From positions 1 to 35,432 of the IMG/VR virus record IMGVR_UViG_3300006129_000018: DNA of 35,432 nucleotides; one strand, given 5' to 3'. Positions 35,242 through 35,432 of this stretch are shown in pieces. This DNA is from a virus (Duplodnaviria > Caudoviricetes). Position numbers and translations under genes: made by a program. Within the stretch, counting starts at the first letter, position 1. Each line of letters begins with the position of its first letter. The notes under the pieces were generated by a model. It was not told the DNA's origin and ran no database searches. It was given only the letters and a program-made list of their open reading frames with translations.

Positions 35242-35432
35242 ATGGCTAATGCAGTCAATACTCAGATTATTTTAGATGGTCATCGTAATGCAATTGTTAA
35301 AGTTACAGGTGTTTTAGATACGTCTAACATAGCTGCTTCTGGTACTTTAGGTACAGCCGGTTCTGGTGTAACTACTAACGGATCTAAAGTTATTACATTT
35401 ACTGCAGGGGGTTTATCCCCCACAGTAGGTCA
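35242..35432 (+). CDS. Virion structural protein, 3'-truncated by the window edge
   Basis: AGGAG RBS followed by MANAVNTQIILDGHRNAIVKVTG..., open to the window end. Confidence 0.65.
   Translation, partial: MANAVNTQIILDGHRNAIVKVTGVLDTSNIAASGTLGTAGSGVTTNGSKVITFTAGGLSPTVG

Noticed and set aside
1-35432. Stop-codon reassignment
   Set aside because: Conserved genes are intact in code 11, and TAA, TGA and TAG all end genes with tight packing.

Overview
AT-rich, apparently near-complete, circularly permuted genome of a tailed dsDNA phage, probably a podovirus. The layout resembles the LUZ24/PaP3/phiEco32 type. There are two divergent arms. The minus arm (25844 to 6669) starts with small early genes. 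It then carries a peptide-ligase module (class I GATase, COOH-NH2 ligase type 2, amidoligase, class II GATase, ATP-grasp, plus two paralogous CCG-motif proteins) and separate primase and helicase genes. Next come an SLT transglycosylase, a split family-A DNA polymerase, a putative SSB, a 5'-3' exonuclease, endonuclease I, an RNase H-like exonuclease, DUF3310 and a B12-dependent RNR (NrdJ). The plus arm (26763 to the end, continuing at 1-6541) carries TerS, TerL, portal, GroES, scaffold, major capsid, virion and ejection proteins, a divergent PurD-like ATP-grasp ligase, a mini-fibre, lysozyme and holin. No RNA polymerase, integrase, tRNA or CRISPR array is visible. Four perfect sigma70 promoters (TTGACA-17-TATAAT) are present. 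Four items stand out: (1) a ~230-nt template-strand stem-loop with in-register -35/-10 boxes on both arms ahead of the first early gene (Frpo/sso-like); (2) the PurD-like ligase coupled to the ejection-protein genes; (3) a pseudoknotted RNA candidate after the holin; (4) the enlarged amidoligase cluster. All family assignments come from motif recognition by eye; no searches were run.
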